A DNA stretch of 45,969 nucleotides from Candidatus Omnitrophota bacterium (GCA_028713205.1 JAQTOZ010000002.1:1-45969), one strand, 5' to 3'. Shown: positions 1 through 8,769, counted from the first letter of the stretch. The notes: generated by a model not told the origin, from the letters alone. Numbers and translations are program-made.

Positions 1-143
1 TACCCGTTTTCCAAGGAGGAGATCAACCCGAAATAATCCTTGATGACCCGGTGCAGGACACTCGGGAAGCGATATTATCATCAGTCATATCAGGTAGCAG
101 GATGAGGGCCGCGGAGCCTTCTCCTGACGGGAAAAATTGTAAG

Positions 144-221
144 AACGCCTTTAAGTTTGAAGTTGTCAGCAGAGACAAAACCGCGCTGTCCGCTTTTAGC
201 TTAAGGGCGTTTTTCTTTTTT
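144..221 (+). terminator. Putative structured terminator of an upstream + strand gene
   Basis: AACGCCTTTAAG (144-155) pairs with CTTAAGGGCGTT (200-211, one G-U pair). An inner hairpin TTGTC-AGCAGA-GACAA is present, followed by TTTTTCTTTTTT (210-221). The long loop makes it atypical. Confidence 0.35.
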
Positions 222-238
222 GAAAGGGGCAAGACATC

Positions 239-568
239 ATGGCCACAGTCGTGTTACTGACCATCTCAAACATTTTTATGACCTTTGCCTGGTACGGGCA
301 TTTGAAGTACAAGAGCTCGCCCTTGTGGATTGCCATCCTGCTGAGCTGGCTGATCGCCTTGGCCGAATATTGTTTTCAGGTCCCGGCCAATCGCATCGGG
401 CACGGCCTTTTTACGGCGGCCCAGCTCAAGACGATCCAGGAAGTGATCACGCTGGCGGTCTTTTGCGTCTTCTCGGTGTTTTATCTCCACGAAGGTTTGA
501 AATGGAATTATATCGTCGGTTTTGTGATGATGATCGGCGCCGTTTTTTTCATTTTTACGAAATGGTAA
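239..568 (+). CDS. Small DMT-superfamily membrane protein (DUF486-like)
   Basis: 109-aa ORF with about 4 hydrophobic helices. The N-terminal TISNIFMTFAWYGHLK and C-terminal hydrophobic segments resemble DUF486/EamA-like half transporters. Confidence 0.6.
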   Translation: MATVVLLTISNIFMTFAWYGHLKYKSSPLWIAILLSWLIALAEYCFQVPANRIGHGLFTAAQLKTIQEVITLAVFCVFSVFYLHEGLKWNYIVGFVMMIGAVFFIFTKW

Positions 569-608
569 ATCGTTTCGTCAAAGCCAGGGTTGAAAGAGAG
601 GATATGAA

Positions 609-1334
609 ATGCAGTTGACGGTTCGTGAAGTTGCCAAGTTGCTGAACGTGACGGAGAAAACGGTTTACCGCTGGCTCCGGGAGGGGACGATCCCGGCCAT
701 GCGGATCCATGATCAATACCGGTTTAATCGTGCCGAGCTTTTGGAATGGGCAAGTACGCGCAAAATGACGCTCGCGCCCGAATTTTTTCAGGAAAATGCG
801 GAAGGCGGAGGTGCGGAAGTTTTACCCAGCCTTTCGGCGGCGCTCAAAACCGGCGGTATTTATTACCGTCTGGAAGGCAACGATGTGCCTTCGGTGCTGC
901 GGGCGATTGTTTCCACGTTGAAGCTGCCCGAGGAAGTCGATCGCGAGGCGCTCCGGCAGGTCTTGCTCGCGCGGGAAGAACTGGCCTCGACCGGCATCGG
1001 CGACGGGATCGCCATCCCGCATGCGCGCAATCCGATCGTGCTCAATGTTCCTTATTCGATGATCGCGTTGTCTTTTTTGAAGCAGCCCGTCGACTTTAAA
1101 GCGCTGGACCGCAAGCCGGTGAATTGTTTTTTCACTTTGGTCAGTCCGACGGCCCGGACGCATTTGCATTTGTTGTCCAAACTGGCGTTTGCCCTTCGCG
1201 ATCCCGCTTTCAAAAAAATCATTTTGCGCCCGGGAACGGCCGAAGAGATTTTAAAAGAAGCCGAGCGCATCGAAATCAATCTTGCGAAGTCCGCGGAACT
1301 CACTCAAAAAAAGAGAAAGGAGAAACGCGTTTGA
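609..1334 (+). CDS. Helix-turn-helix (MerR/excisionase-type) + PTS EIIA type-2 (PtsN-like) fusion protein
   Basis: The N terminus MQLTVREVAKLLNVTEKTVYRWLREGTIPA is a classic excisionase-type HTH. The C-terminal domain carries the EIIA(Ntr) signature STGIGDGIAIPHAR, including the phosphorylatable His. RBS GAGAGGA lies upstream. Confidence 0.7.
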   Translation: MQLTVREVAKLLNVTEKTVYRWLREGTIPAMRIHDQYRFNRAELLEWASTRKMTLAPEFFQENAEGGGAEVLPSLSAALKTGGIYYRLEGNDVPSVLRAIVSTLKLPEEVDREALRQVLLAREELASTGIGDGIAIPHARNPIVLNVPYSMIALSFLKQPVDFKALDRKPVNCFFTLVSPTARTHLHLLSKLAFALRDPAFKKIILRPGTAEEILKEAERIEINLAKSAELTQKKRKEKRV

Positions 1335-3313
1335 ATTTGATTTTGCTTTCGCTGGGGCTCCTTTGTCTGAGCGGCTTTGCCGCGCTCGTGACCAGCGCGT
1401 CGCCCCGATGGACGTCGCGGCTGGGGAGTTGGGGAGTGATACTCTCCTGCGTGATCGGATTGGTTCCTGCCGTCAAGGTCCTGGGCGACGGTCCCGCGCA
1501 GTTTTTTAAAATTCCGTGGGGGATACCGCTCGGATCTTTTGACATTGCGTTAGACGCCCTATCCGCTTTTTTTCTATTGCCGGTTTTTGTCCTTTCGGCA
1601 TTGGCCGCTCTTTACGGGCAAACCTACATGGCCGCGTGGGCCGGTAAAAAACCGCTGGGACCGGTCTGGCTTTTTTTCAATCTGTTGGTCGCAAGCATGG
1701 TGGTCGTCACGTTGTCCCGAAACGGGATTCTCTTTCTGATGGCGTGGGAGATCATGACGCTGGCGTCCTTCTTTCTCGTGACCTTCGAGGATGAACGCGC
1801 CGGGTCACGGCGTGCCGGGTGGATTTATCTGGTGGCCGCGCATATTGGGACGGCCTTTCTGCTGGCGCTTTTTGTGATGCTGTCGCACGGCAATCCTTCT
1901 TTGGATTTTGACCGGTTCAATCTCCCGGCCATGCCGGAGTATGTCAAAGGAATCCTCTTGATCCTAGCCGTGATCGGGTTCGGGACCAAAGCGGGTTTTA
2001 TCCCTTTGCATGTGTGGCTGCCGGAAGCCCATCCCGCCGCGCCGAGTCACGTCTCGAGCCTCATGTCCGGCGTGATGATCAAAATGGGAATTTATGGTTT
2101 GGTCCGCATGGTTTCCTATTTGGGCGTGCTGCCGGTTTGGTGGGGATGGCTTTTGATCGGTATCGGGTTGAGCTCCGGGATTCTGGGCGTTTTGTTCGCG
2201 CTTGCCCAACACGACTTGAAGCGCCTCCTGGCCTATCACAGCGTGGAAAATATCGGCATTATCGCCCTCGGTCTCGGTGTCGGATATTTAGGACTGGCGT
2301 ATCAGCTGCCGCTGGTGGCCGTGTTGGGATTTGCCGGCGGACTGCTGCATGTCATCAATCACGCATTGTTTAAAGGATTATTGTTTTTCGGTGCCGGTGC
2401 CGTGGCGCATGTGACCGGCACACGCGAAATTGATAGTCTCGGGGGTTGTCTCAAGCGTATGCCTTGGACGGGCGTAACTTTTTTAATCGGTGCCGCGGCG
2501 ATTGCCGGCCTGCCGCCGTTGAATGGTTTTGTCAGTGAGTTTCTGATTTATTTCGGGGCGTTTCGCGGGGCTTCTTCGGACGGTTCGCAAGCCCTGGCGA
2601 TGCTGGCCGTGATCGGTGGGCTTGCTCTGATCGGCGGGCTGGCCAGCGCCTGTTTTGCCAAAGCTTTCGGAATTATTTTTCTGGGAGAGCCGCGCACGGA
2701 CCATGCCAGGGCCGCGCACGAGGTCCCTTACGGCATGCGGATTCCGATGGCCCTGCTTGCCGCCGGCTGTGTCGGCGTCGGTCTGGGCGCGCCGTTGGCG
2801 GTGAAAATTCTCATTCAGGTTTTGCCTGTGGCGACCGGTTTGAGTTTGCCGGTCATCCGCGGGGTGTTTCCCGAAGCTGTTCATCCGCTCAATTTCATTG
2901 TCCTCCTTTCAGCCGTTTTGATTGCCCTGGCTTTTTTTATCTTTCTGCTGCGTCATGCCATGCTGACCGGACGGCATGTGCAGAAAGCCGGGACCTGGGA
3001 TTGCGGATATGCCAAACCCGGCGCGCGGATGCAATACACGGCTTCCTCCTTTGCGGATCCGTTGACCGGATTTTTCGGGTTCTTCTTACGGACGCGCCGG
3101 CATCTGGATGCCCCGTCCGGGTTTTTCCCCAAAGAGGCTGCCTTTGAAACCAAAACGCCGGACATCTTTATGGAAAACCTGCACCGGCCGGCGGTGGAAA
3201 AAATTTATGCCGGGCTATCGAAATTACGCTGGTTCCAGCACGGGCGGTTGCAACTCTATATTTTGTACATCGTGATCACCCTTTTGGCTCTGCTGGTCTG
3301 GAAGATGAGGTGA
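1331..3313 (+). CDS. HyfB / NuoL-like proton-conducting antiporter-type membrane subunit
   Basis: Polytopic protein with Mrp/NuoL-family motifs (WEIMTLASFFLV, GFIPLHVWLPEAHPAAPSHVSSLMSGVMIKMGIYG, LAYHSVENIG). I place the start at TTG 1331 (LNLILLSLG...), overlapping the upstream stop. The track ORF start at 1124 overlaps the previous CDS. Confidence 0.8.
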   Translation: MNLILLSLGLLCLSGFAALVTSASPRWTSRLGSWGVILSCVIGLVPAVKVLGDGPAQFFKIPWGIPLGSFDIALDALSAFFLLPVFVLSALAALYGQTYMAAWAGKKPLGPVWLFFNLLVASMVVVTLSRNGILFLMAWEIMTLASFFLVTFEDERAGSRRAGWIYLVAAHIGTAFLLALFVMLSHGNPSLDFDRFNLPAMPEYVKGILLILAVIGFGTKAGFIPLHVWLPEAHPAAPSHVSSLMSGVMIKMGIYGLVRMVSYLGVLPVWWGWLLIGIGLSSGILGVLFALAQHDLKRLLAYHSVENIGIIALGLGVGYLGLAYQLPLVAVLGFAGGLLHVINHALFKGLLFFGAGAVAHVTGTREIDSLGGCLKRMPWTGVTFLIGAAAIAGLPPLNGFVSEFLIYFGAFRGASSDGSQALAMLAVIGGLALIGGLASACFAKAFGIIFLGEPRTDHARAAHEVPYGMRIPMALLAAGCVGVGLGAPLAVKILIQVLPVATGLSLPVIRGVFPEAVHPLNFIVLLSAVLIALAFFIFLLRHAMLTGRHVQKAGTWDCGYAKPGARMQYTASSFADPLTGFFGFFLRTRRHLDAPSGFFPKEAAFETKTPDIFMENLHRPAVEKIYAGLSKLRWFQHGRLQLYILYIVITLLALLVWKMR

Positions 3314-3317
3314 TGAG

Positions 3318-4226
3318 GTGATCGCAGCCTGGCTCAACTTTTTGATCGTTTTGTTCGCGGCACCGTTCCTCCTCGGGATCGTCAACCGGACCAAGGCCTT
3401 TTTCGCCGGCCGCCGCGGACCACCACTGTTGCAGCTTTATTATGATTTGGCCAAGTTGTTGCGCAAAAGCGCGGTGATCAGCCGTACGACCGGTTTCATT
3501 TTCTGGCTGGGTCCCGTGGCCGGATTGGCGGCGGTTTTTTGCGCGGCCATGATGGTCCCGTTTGGCAATGCGCGGGCGCTGGTGGCGTTCAACGGGGACC
3601 TGATCTTGTTTGCCTACCTGCTCGGACTCATGCGTTTTTTTACCGTGATCGCCGCGTTGGACACAGGTTCCGCCTTTGAAGGGATGGGCGCAAGCCGCGA
3701 AGTCCAGTTTGCCGTCCTGGCGGAACCGGCGCTGTTTCTCGGACTGGCGGCGTTGACCCTCCAAACGGGCCATTTCTCTCTTTCGGACATCTATGCTTCC
3801 CTGACATGGGAGACCTGGGGCAAGGCCGGTCCCACGCTGGCGTTGATTGCCGCCGCGTTGTTGATCGTTTTTCTTGCGGAAAACTGCCGCGTACCGGTGG
3901 ACGATCCCAAGACCCATTTGGAGTTGACCATGATCCATGAAGTGATGGTGCTGGACCACAGCGGTCCCGATTTCGCGGCGATCCTTTATTCGGCGGCATT
4001 GAAGTTCTGGATTCTCGGCATGCTGATTGTCCGCCTGGCGGTCCCGGTGACCTTGGGCCATCCTTTGCCGGACGGGATCCTGTTTTTGTCGTCGATGGTT
4101 GTCCTGGCGGTTTTGATCGGCATCATCGAATCGGTCATGGCGCGGCTGCGTCTGACCAAAGTCCCGCAACTGTTGATCGTTGCGATCGCGTTTTCTATTT
4201 TAGCTTTGATTCTCGAGATGAGGTGA
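3318..4226 (+). CDS. HyfC / HycD / NuoH-like membrane subunit
   Basis: 302 aa. The N-terminal RTKAFFAGRRGPPLLQLYYDLAKLLRK is typical of HycD/NuoH. GTG start lies 4 nt after the upstream stop, preceded by GAGGTGA. Confidence 0.8.
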   Translation: MIAAWLNFLIVLFAAPFLLGIVNRTKAFFAGRRGPPLLQLYYDLAKLLRKSAVISRTTGFIFWLGPVAGLAAVFCAAMMVPFGNARALVAFNGDLILFAYLLGLMRFFTVIAALDTGSAFEGMGASREVQFAVLAEPALFLGLAALTLQTGHFSLSDIYASLTWETWGKAGPTLALIAAALLIVFLAENCRVPVDDPKTHLELTMIHEVMVLDHSGPDFAAILYSAALKFWILGMLIVRLAVPVTLGHPLPDGILFLSSMVVLAVLIGIIESVMARLRLTKVPQLLIVAIAFSILALILEMR

Positions 4227-4230
4227 TGGG

Positions 4231-4905
4231 ATGCAGGAGTTGACGGAAATCGTGATGGTGTTTCTCATCCTGGCCAATTTGTGGTTGCTGGCCTCAAGCC
4301 GGTTGATGGTGTGCATTCGTATTGTGGCTTGCCAGGGAATTGTGATCAGCCTGCTGCCTTTTTTGATCAATCGGCATCTGTTGCTGACGGAATTTCTGGC
4401 CGTCGCGGGCGTGACCGCGGCCTTAAAAGGTTTTGTCTTCCCGTGGCTTTTAAGGCGCGCCATGCGCGAAGCCAAAGTGCGCCGGGAGATCGAAACCTCC
4501 GTGCCTTATTCGGTTTCGGTTTTGATCGGGATTCTGATCTTGGCGATTTCGCTCTGGATCAGTTCGCGGTTGCCGATGCCAAAACCCGAGCTGACGGAAC
4601 TGATCGTGCCGGTTTCGTTCTTCACGATCCTGGTCGGGCTTTTTGTGATCGTCAGCCGCGTGATGGCCTTGAGCCAGGTGCTCGGTTATCTCGTCTTCGA
4701 AAACGGCATTTATGCTTTTGGCGTGGCCCTGCTCCTGGAGCAGCCGCTTTGGGTGGAACTGGGAATTTTGCTGGATGTTTTCGTCGCGGTTTTTGTTATG
4801 GGCATTATGATTTTTCATATTAGCCGGGAATTCGACAACATCAATACGGATCAACTGAGTGAATTGGCGGACTGGAATTCCCCGGAGAAGGAAGGTCGCC
4901 GATGA
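4231..4905 (+). CDS. HyfE-like small membrane subunit (NuoK-related)
   Basis: 224-aa hydrophobic protein in the position of HyfE. It has a LGYLVFENGIYAFGVALL-type segment. ATG lies 4 nt after the upstream stop, with GAGGTGA in front. Confidence 0.65.
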   Translation: MQELTEIVMVFLILANLWLLASSRLMVCIRIVACQGIVISLLPFLINRHLLLTEFLAVAGVTAALKGFVFPWLLRRAMREAKVRREIETSVPYSVSVLIGILILAISLWISSRLPMPKPELTELIVPVSFFTILVGLFVIVSRVMALSQVLGYLVFENGIYAFGVALLLEQPLWVELGILLDVFVAVFVMGIMIFHISREFDNINTDQLSELADWNSPEKEGRR

Positions 4906-6383
4906 TTTTGGCCGCCTGTCTCATCCCGTTCGCCGCAGGACTGCTGGCTTTCTTTGTCCCGTGGGACAAACCGCGCCGCGTGCTGCTGATCCTGACGGCG
5001 CTGGCGCATGCGGGCTTGGTGGCGGCGTTTTGGTTTATTCTGCCGGAGCCGAGGGTCGGCGGGTGGTTTGAGCTGGATACGATCGGAAAATATTTTCTGA
5101 GTATCACCAGCCTGTTATTTCTTGCCGCCGCGTGCTACGGCGTGGCTTATCTTTCAGGCGAAGATCGCGGGGACCGTACCGACGTGGAAGAAGGCTTTAT
5201 TTTTCAAAACGCACCGGAGGCCGTGTTCACGGGATGCCTCCTGATGTTTCTGGCGACCATGACGCTGGTGCTGATCAGCCAGCATTTCGGCATTCTCTGG
5301 ATTGCGATGGAGGCCACGACCCTCGTGAGCGCTCCGTTGATTTATTTTCACCGTCATCACCGCTCAATCGAAGCGACATGGAAATATTTGCTGATTTGCT
5401 CGGTGGGCATCGCCCTCGCGCTGTTGGGAAATCTTTTTTTGGTGATTGCCGGTTCTATCGAGGGACAAAAGGCCGTACCGCTTGTGCTCAGCGAGTTGAT
5501 CGGCAGGCACGGGGAATTAAACGTCCTCTGGCTCAAGGCGGCGTTTCTTTTTTTGCTGGTCGGTTACGGCACCAAAATGGGCCTGGCGCCATTGCACACC
5601 TGGTTGCCGGATGCCCATAGCGAAGCGCCGTCGGTCGTCTCCGCGCTTCTTTCCGGCGCGCTTCTGAATTGTGCCTTGGTCGGTATCTTGCGGACGCATC
5701 AGGTCTGCGCGGCGGCGGGATTGGGTGAGATGAGTTCGGAACTGCTGCGCGGGTTCGGGCTTTTGTCGATGTTTTTTGCCGCGCTGTTTATTCTAAGACA
5801 GCCGGATTTCAAGCGCATGCTTGCGTACTCCAGCGTTGAGCATATGGGAATTGTGGCGTTGGGGATCGGGCTGGGCGGCAGCGCGGTGTTCGGCGGTTTG
5901 TTTCACGCCGTGAATCACTCTTTGACGAAGGCCGCCTTGTTTTTCATCGCCGGAAATATCATGGCCGCTTACAATACCAAATCGGTTTCCGGCGTGCAGG
6001 GTTTGCTGCGGATGCTTCCGGTGTCTGGGATTTTATGGATTGCCGGATTTCTGGCGATTACCGGTTCGCCCCCATTCGGTTCTTTTTTAAGCGAATTTAT
6101 CATTTTGAAATCGGCCCTGGACCAGGGCCATTATTACGCGGCCGTGATTTATCTCGTGGTGCTGGCGGCGATCTTTGCGGGCATGGCCATGATTTTTCTG
6201 AACATGGCGCAGGGCGTTCCGGCTCCGGAAATGAAAATGAGCGGCGCTCGAAAGGAATCCGTCATGATGGTTTTTCCGCCGGCGGTCTTTTGCGTGCTGG
6301 TCTTGCTTTTGGGGATTTATATCCCGGAGTTTTTACGGGAAACTTTGCGGGAAGCCGCGCGGTTGTTGGGAGGCCTGGGATGA
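4902..6383 (+). CDS. HyfF / NuoN(M)-like antiporter-type membrane subunit
   Basis: 493 aa with GTKMGLAPLHTWLPDAHSEAPSVVSALLSG and LAYSSVEHMG motifs. ATGA overlap with the upstream CDS. Confidence 0.8.
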   Translation: MILAACLIPFAAGLLAFFVPWDKPRRVLLILTALAHAGLVAAFWFILPEPRVGGWFELDTIGKYFLSITSLLFLAAACYGVAYLSGEDRGDRTDVEEGFIFQNAPEAVFTGCLLMFLATMTLVLISQHFGILWIAMEATTLVSAPLIYFHRHHRSIEATWKYLLICSVGIALALLGNLFLVIAGSIEGQKAVPLVLSELIGRHGELNVLWLKAAFLFLLVGYGTKMGLAPLHTWLPDAHSEAPSVVSALLSGALLNCALVGILRTHQVCAAAGLGEMSSELLRGFGLLSMFFAALFILRQPDFKRMLAYSSVEHMGIVALGIGLGGSAVFGGLFHAVNHSLTKAALFFIAGNIMAAYNTKSVSGVQGLLRMLPVSGILWIAGFLAITGSPPFGSFLSEFIILKSALDQGHYYAAVIYLVVLAAIFAGMAMIFLNMAQGVPAPEMKMSGARKESVMMVFPPAVFCVLVLLLGIYIPEFLRETLREAARLLGGLG

Positions 6384-7903
6384 GCGGCGCTGCCTTTCTT
6401 TCGATCAGGAACGGGGACATTCTCCGGCTGAAAGATGTCCCGCATCTGGCTCCGGCGGAATTCAGAGACCATATTCTCCGGGGCGTCGACAGCGGCTGGC
6501 GTATCGTGAGCCTTTTCGGGAAACCGATTGCCGACCGCTATGTCCGTTTATACGCGGTCATGGCCAATGACCGGCAGGGTTCTTTGTCTTTGTGCTCGGC
6601 GGACGTGACCGACCAATATCCGGCCCTGACGGGTGAATGCCCGCAGGCGCACTGGTTTGAACGCGAAATCGCCGAACAGTGGGGTGTTATTCCGAAAGGA
6701 CATCCTTGGCTTAAGCCAGTCCGCTTTCACGAGGTTTATCGTTTCGGTACGGATGCCTGGGGACGCGATCCCTCAAAAAAAATCCTCCCCGGTGTCACGG
6801 ATTTTTTTCAGGTCCGCGGTGAAGAAGTTCATGAAGTCGCCGTGGGGCCGGTACACGCCGGTGTGATCGAACCCGGCCATTTCCGCTTTCAGTGCCACGG
6901 CGAAAAGGTGTTTCATCTCGAGATCTCATTGGGCTATCAGCATCGCGGCGTGGAGCGTTCTTTGATCGGTGCGCCGGCCAAACGGGTTTTTCATTACATG
7001 GAAACCCTGGCAGGGGACACGACGATCGGACACGCGACGGCCTACGCGCAGGCCATGGAAACCTTGGCGCGCTGCAAGGTGCCGGCGCGTGCGCAGGCCC
7101 TGCGCGGCGTGATGCTCGAGCTCGAGCGTTTGGCGAATCACGCCGGTGATTTGGGCGCGCTGGCCGGTGATGTGGCTTATTTGCCGACGGCCTCTTATTG
7201 CGGACGCATTCGCGGGGATTTTTTAAATTTGTCCGCGCTGATTTGCGGCAGCCGGTTCGGGCGGGGCATGATTTTGCCGGGCGGCGTCCGTTTTGATTTG
7301 GATGAAAAAAATATTGCCGAATTGCTCAGCCGGTTGAACGGTATTTACAAAAATCTTTGCGGCGCCGTGAATTTGTTGTGGGACAGTCCGTCCGTCATGA
7401 ACCGTTTTGAAGGTACCGGGACCCTTTCGGCGGAGGCCTGTGAAAATTTAGGGCTGGTGGGGATCCCGGCACGCGCCTGCGGCCTTGAGCGGGACATCCG
7501 GTTTGATTTTCCGGCGGGGATTTACCGTTTGGCGCAGTTACCTGTATCCACGTATACCTCCGGCGATGTCTTCGCGCGCGCGTATGTGCGCTGGCTGGAG
7601 GTGCAGCGTTCCGTTGATTTCCTGCAAAATCAACTGGCCACGATGCCGGAAGGCCCGGTTTCGGAAACGCTCGCCCATCCTGCTTCGGAGACGCTGACGG
7701 TTTCACTGGTCGAAGGCTGGCGCGGCGAGATCTGCCACGTGGCCATGACCGACAAACACGGCCACATCGCCCATTACAAAGTCGTGGATCCCTCCTTCCA
7801 CAATTGGATGGGGCTGGCGATGGCGTTGCGCGGTGAACCGATTTCGGATTTCCCGTTGTGCAACAAGAGTTTTAATCTTTCCTATTGCGGACATGATCTT
7901 TAA
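6380..7903 (+). CDS. HycE/HyfG-like NuoC-NuoD fusion ('large subunit') lacking the NiFe-binding cysteine motifs
   Basis: The NuoC-like N-terminal part (QAHWFEREIAEQWGV) is fused to a NuoD/HycE-like part (GPVHAGVIEPGHFRF, LGYQHRGVE). ATG 6380 overlaps the upstream stop (ATGA). The track ORF start at 6035 lies inside the upstream gene. The L1 position reads ETLAGDTTIGHA and the C terminus reads DFPLCNKSFNLSYCGHDL. Confidence 0.8.
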   Translation: MSGAAFLSIRNGDILRLKDVPHLAPAEFRDHILRGVDSGWRIVSLFGKPIADRYVRLYAVMANDRQGSLSLCSADVTDQYPALTGECPQAHWFEREIAEQWGVIPKGHPWLKPVRFHEVYRFGTDAWGRDPSKKILPGVTDFFQVRGEEVHEVAVGPVHAGVIEPGHFRFQCHGEKVFHLEISLGYQHRGVERSLIGAPAKRVFHYMETLAGDTTIGHATAYAQAMETLARCKVPARAQALRGVMLELERLANHAGDLGALAGDVAYLPTASYCGRIRGDFLNLSALICGSRFGRGMILPGGVRFDLDEKNIAELLSRLNGIYKNLCGAVNLLWDSPSVMNRFEGTGTLSAEACENLGLVGIPARACGLERDIRFDFPAGIYRLAQLPVSTYTSGDVFARAYVRWLEVQRSVDFLQNQLATMPEGPVSETLAHPASETLTVSLVEGWRGEICHVAMTDKHGHIAHYKVVDPSFHNWMGLAMALRGEPISDFPLCNKSFNLSYCGHDL

Positions 7904-7914
7904 GGAGATTTAAC

Positions 7915-8670
7915 GTGTTCAAAGTTTTGTGGACCCGGTTACAGCAGAAGCGGCGTACCGTTTCTTTTCCCAAAGGGAAGGTGAGCCTTCCGGAAAGATT
8001 CCGGGGCTTGCCGCACATTGATACCGCGCGCTGTCCGGACCACTGCCAGGAATGTGCCAAGGCCTGTCCTCTGGATGCCGTCCGCGTCGACGGCAAGAAA
8101 TTTCAGTGGGACCTCGGGAAATGTTTGTTCTGCGCGGATTGTATGGAGGCCTGTCCCGCGCACGCGATCAGTTATTCCCGCGACTACCGGCTCGCTGTCC
8201 GGAAGAAGGAAAATCTGATTTTGGACGGGCCGACACTCGAGCTTGCGCAATCTCTGGGGAAGGAAATGAAACGTTTGTTTAAACGGTCGCTACGGCTGCG
8301 CCAGGTTAGCGCGGGCGGGTGCAATGCCTGTGAGGCGGACGTGAATGTGCTGACGACGGTCGTGTTTGACCTTGCCCGGTTCGGTATTGATTTTGTTGCC
8401 TCGCCCCGGCATGCGGACGGGCTGCTCATTACGGGTCCGGTCACGGACAATATGAAATTGGCCCTGGAAAAAACTTATCAGGCGGTCCCGCATCCCAAGC
8501 TGGTGATTGCGGTAGGGGCCTGCGCCATTTCCGGCGGGCCGTACCGGGACCATGCCGAAACGCATAACGGTGCCGACAGTGTTGTCCCCGTGGACCTCTA
8601 TATTCCAGGCTGTCCGCCGCACCCGTTGACCACCTTGGACGGACTGCTCCGGCTTTTGGGCCGGCTGTGA
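7915..8670 (+). CDS. Fusion of a 2x[4Fe-4S] ferredoxin (HycF/NuoI-like) and a NuoB/HycG-like small subunit
   Basis: The N-terminal part has CPDHCQECAKACP and CLFCADCMEACP. The C-terminal part has the NuoB signature GGCNACE, GACAISGG and IPGCPPHP. GTG start is preceded by AAGGAG. Confidence 0.8.
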   Translation: MFKVLWTRLQQKRRTVSFPKGKVSLPERFRGLPHIDTARCPDHCQECAKACPLDAVRVDGKKFQWDLGKCLFCADCMEACPAHAISYSRDYRLAVRKKENLILDGPTLELAQSLGKEMKRLFKRSLRLRQVSAGGCNACEADVNVLTTVVFDLARFGIDFVASPRHADGLLITGPVTDNMKLALEKTYQAVPHPKLVIAVGACAISGGPYRDHAETHNGADSVVPVDLYIPGCPPHPLTTLDGLLRLLGRL

Positions 8671-8769
8671 TCTGTGCTTCCGGGCGTAATAGGATCTCTC
8701 GCAAGTTGTAATCCGGTCTTTTTGAATTGCGAGGAATGTGTCATTTTTGATCACGGGGGGTCCCCTTTG

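Noticed and set aside
1-232. Coding potential at the left edge: frame-1 tail ending at 36, frame-3 ORF open from the window start and ending at 260 (its track segment is 51..260), and minus-strand ORF 23..232
   Set aside because: The three candidates are mutually exclusive and none has a recognisable motif. The region also contains a terminator-like structure, so it cannot be resolved from this window.
1124-1330. N-terminal extensions given by the ORF track (1124, 6035, 12333, 19038, 31451, 32900, 33676, 35123, 36154 and 38200 starts)
   Set aside because: In most cases the extension overlaps the preceding CDS or a terminator and lacks an RBS. In every case an internal start coincides with the beginning of the conserved domain or signal peptide, often with an RBS or a 4-nt stop/start overlap.
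3276-4169. 297-aa minus-strand ORF
   Set aside because: It lies antisense to the HyfC-like membrane subunit and is Arg/Gln/Asp-rich with no hydrophobic segments or motifs.
6380-7903. Calling this a functional [NiFe] hydrogenase large subunit / formate hydrogenlyase (hycE/hyfG)
   Set aside because: Both cysteine pairs that ligate the NiFe centre are absent at the expected positions, and no maturation or formate dehydrogenase genes are nearby. It is therefore described only as a HycE/NuoCD-like subunit.
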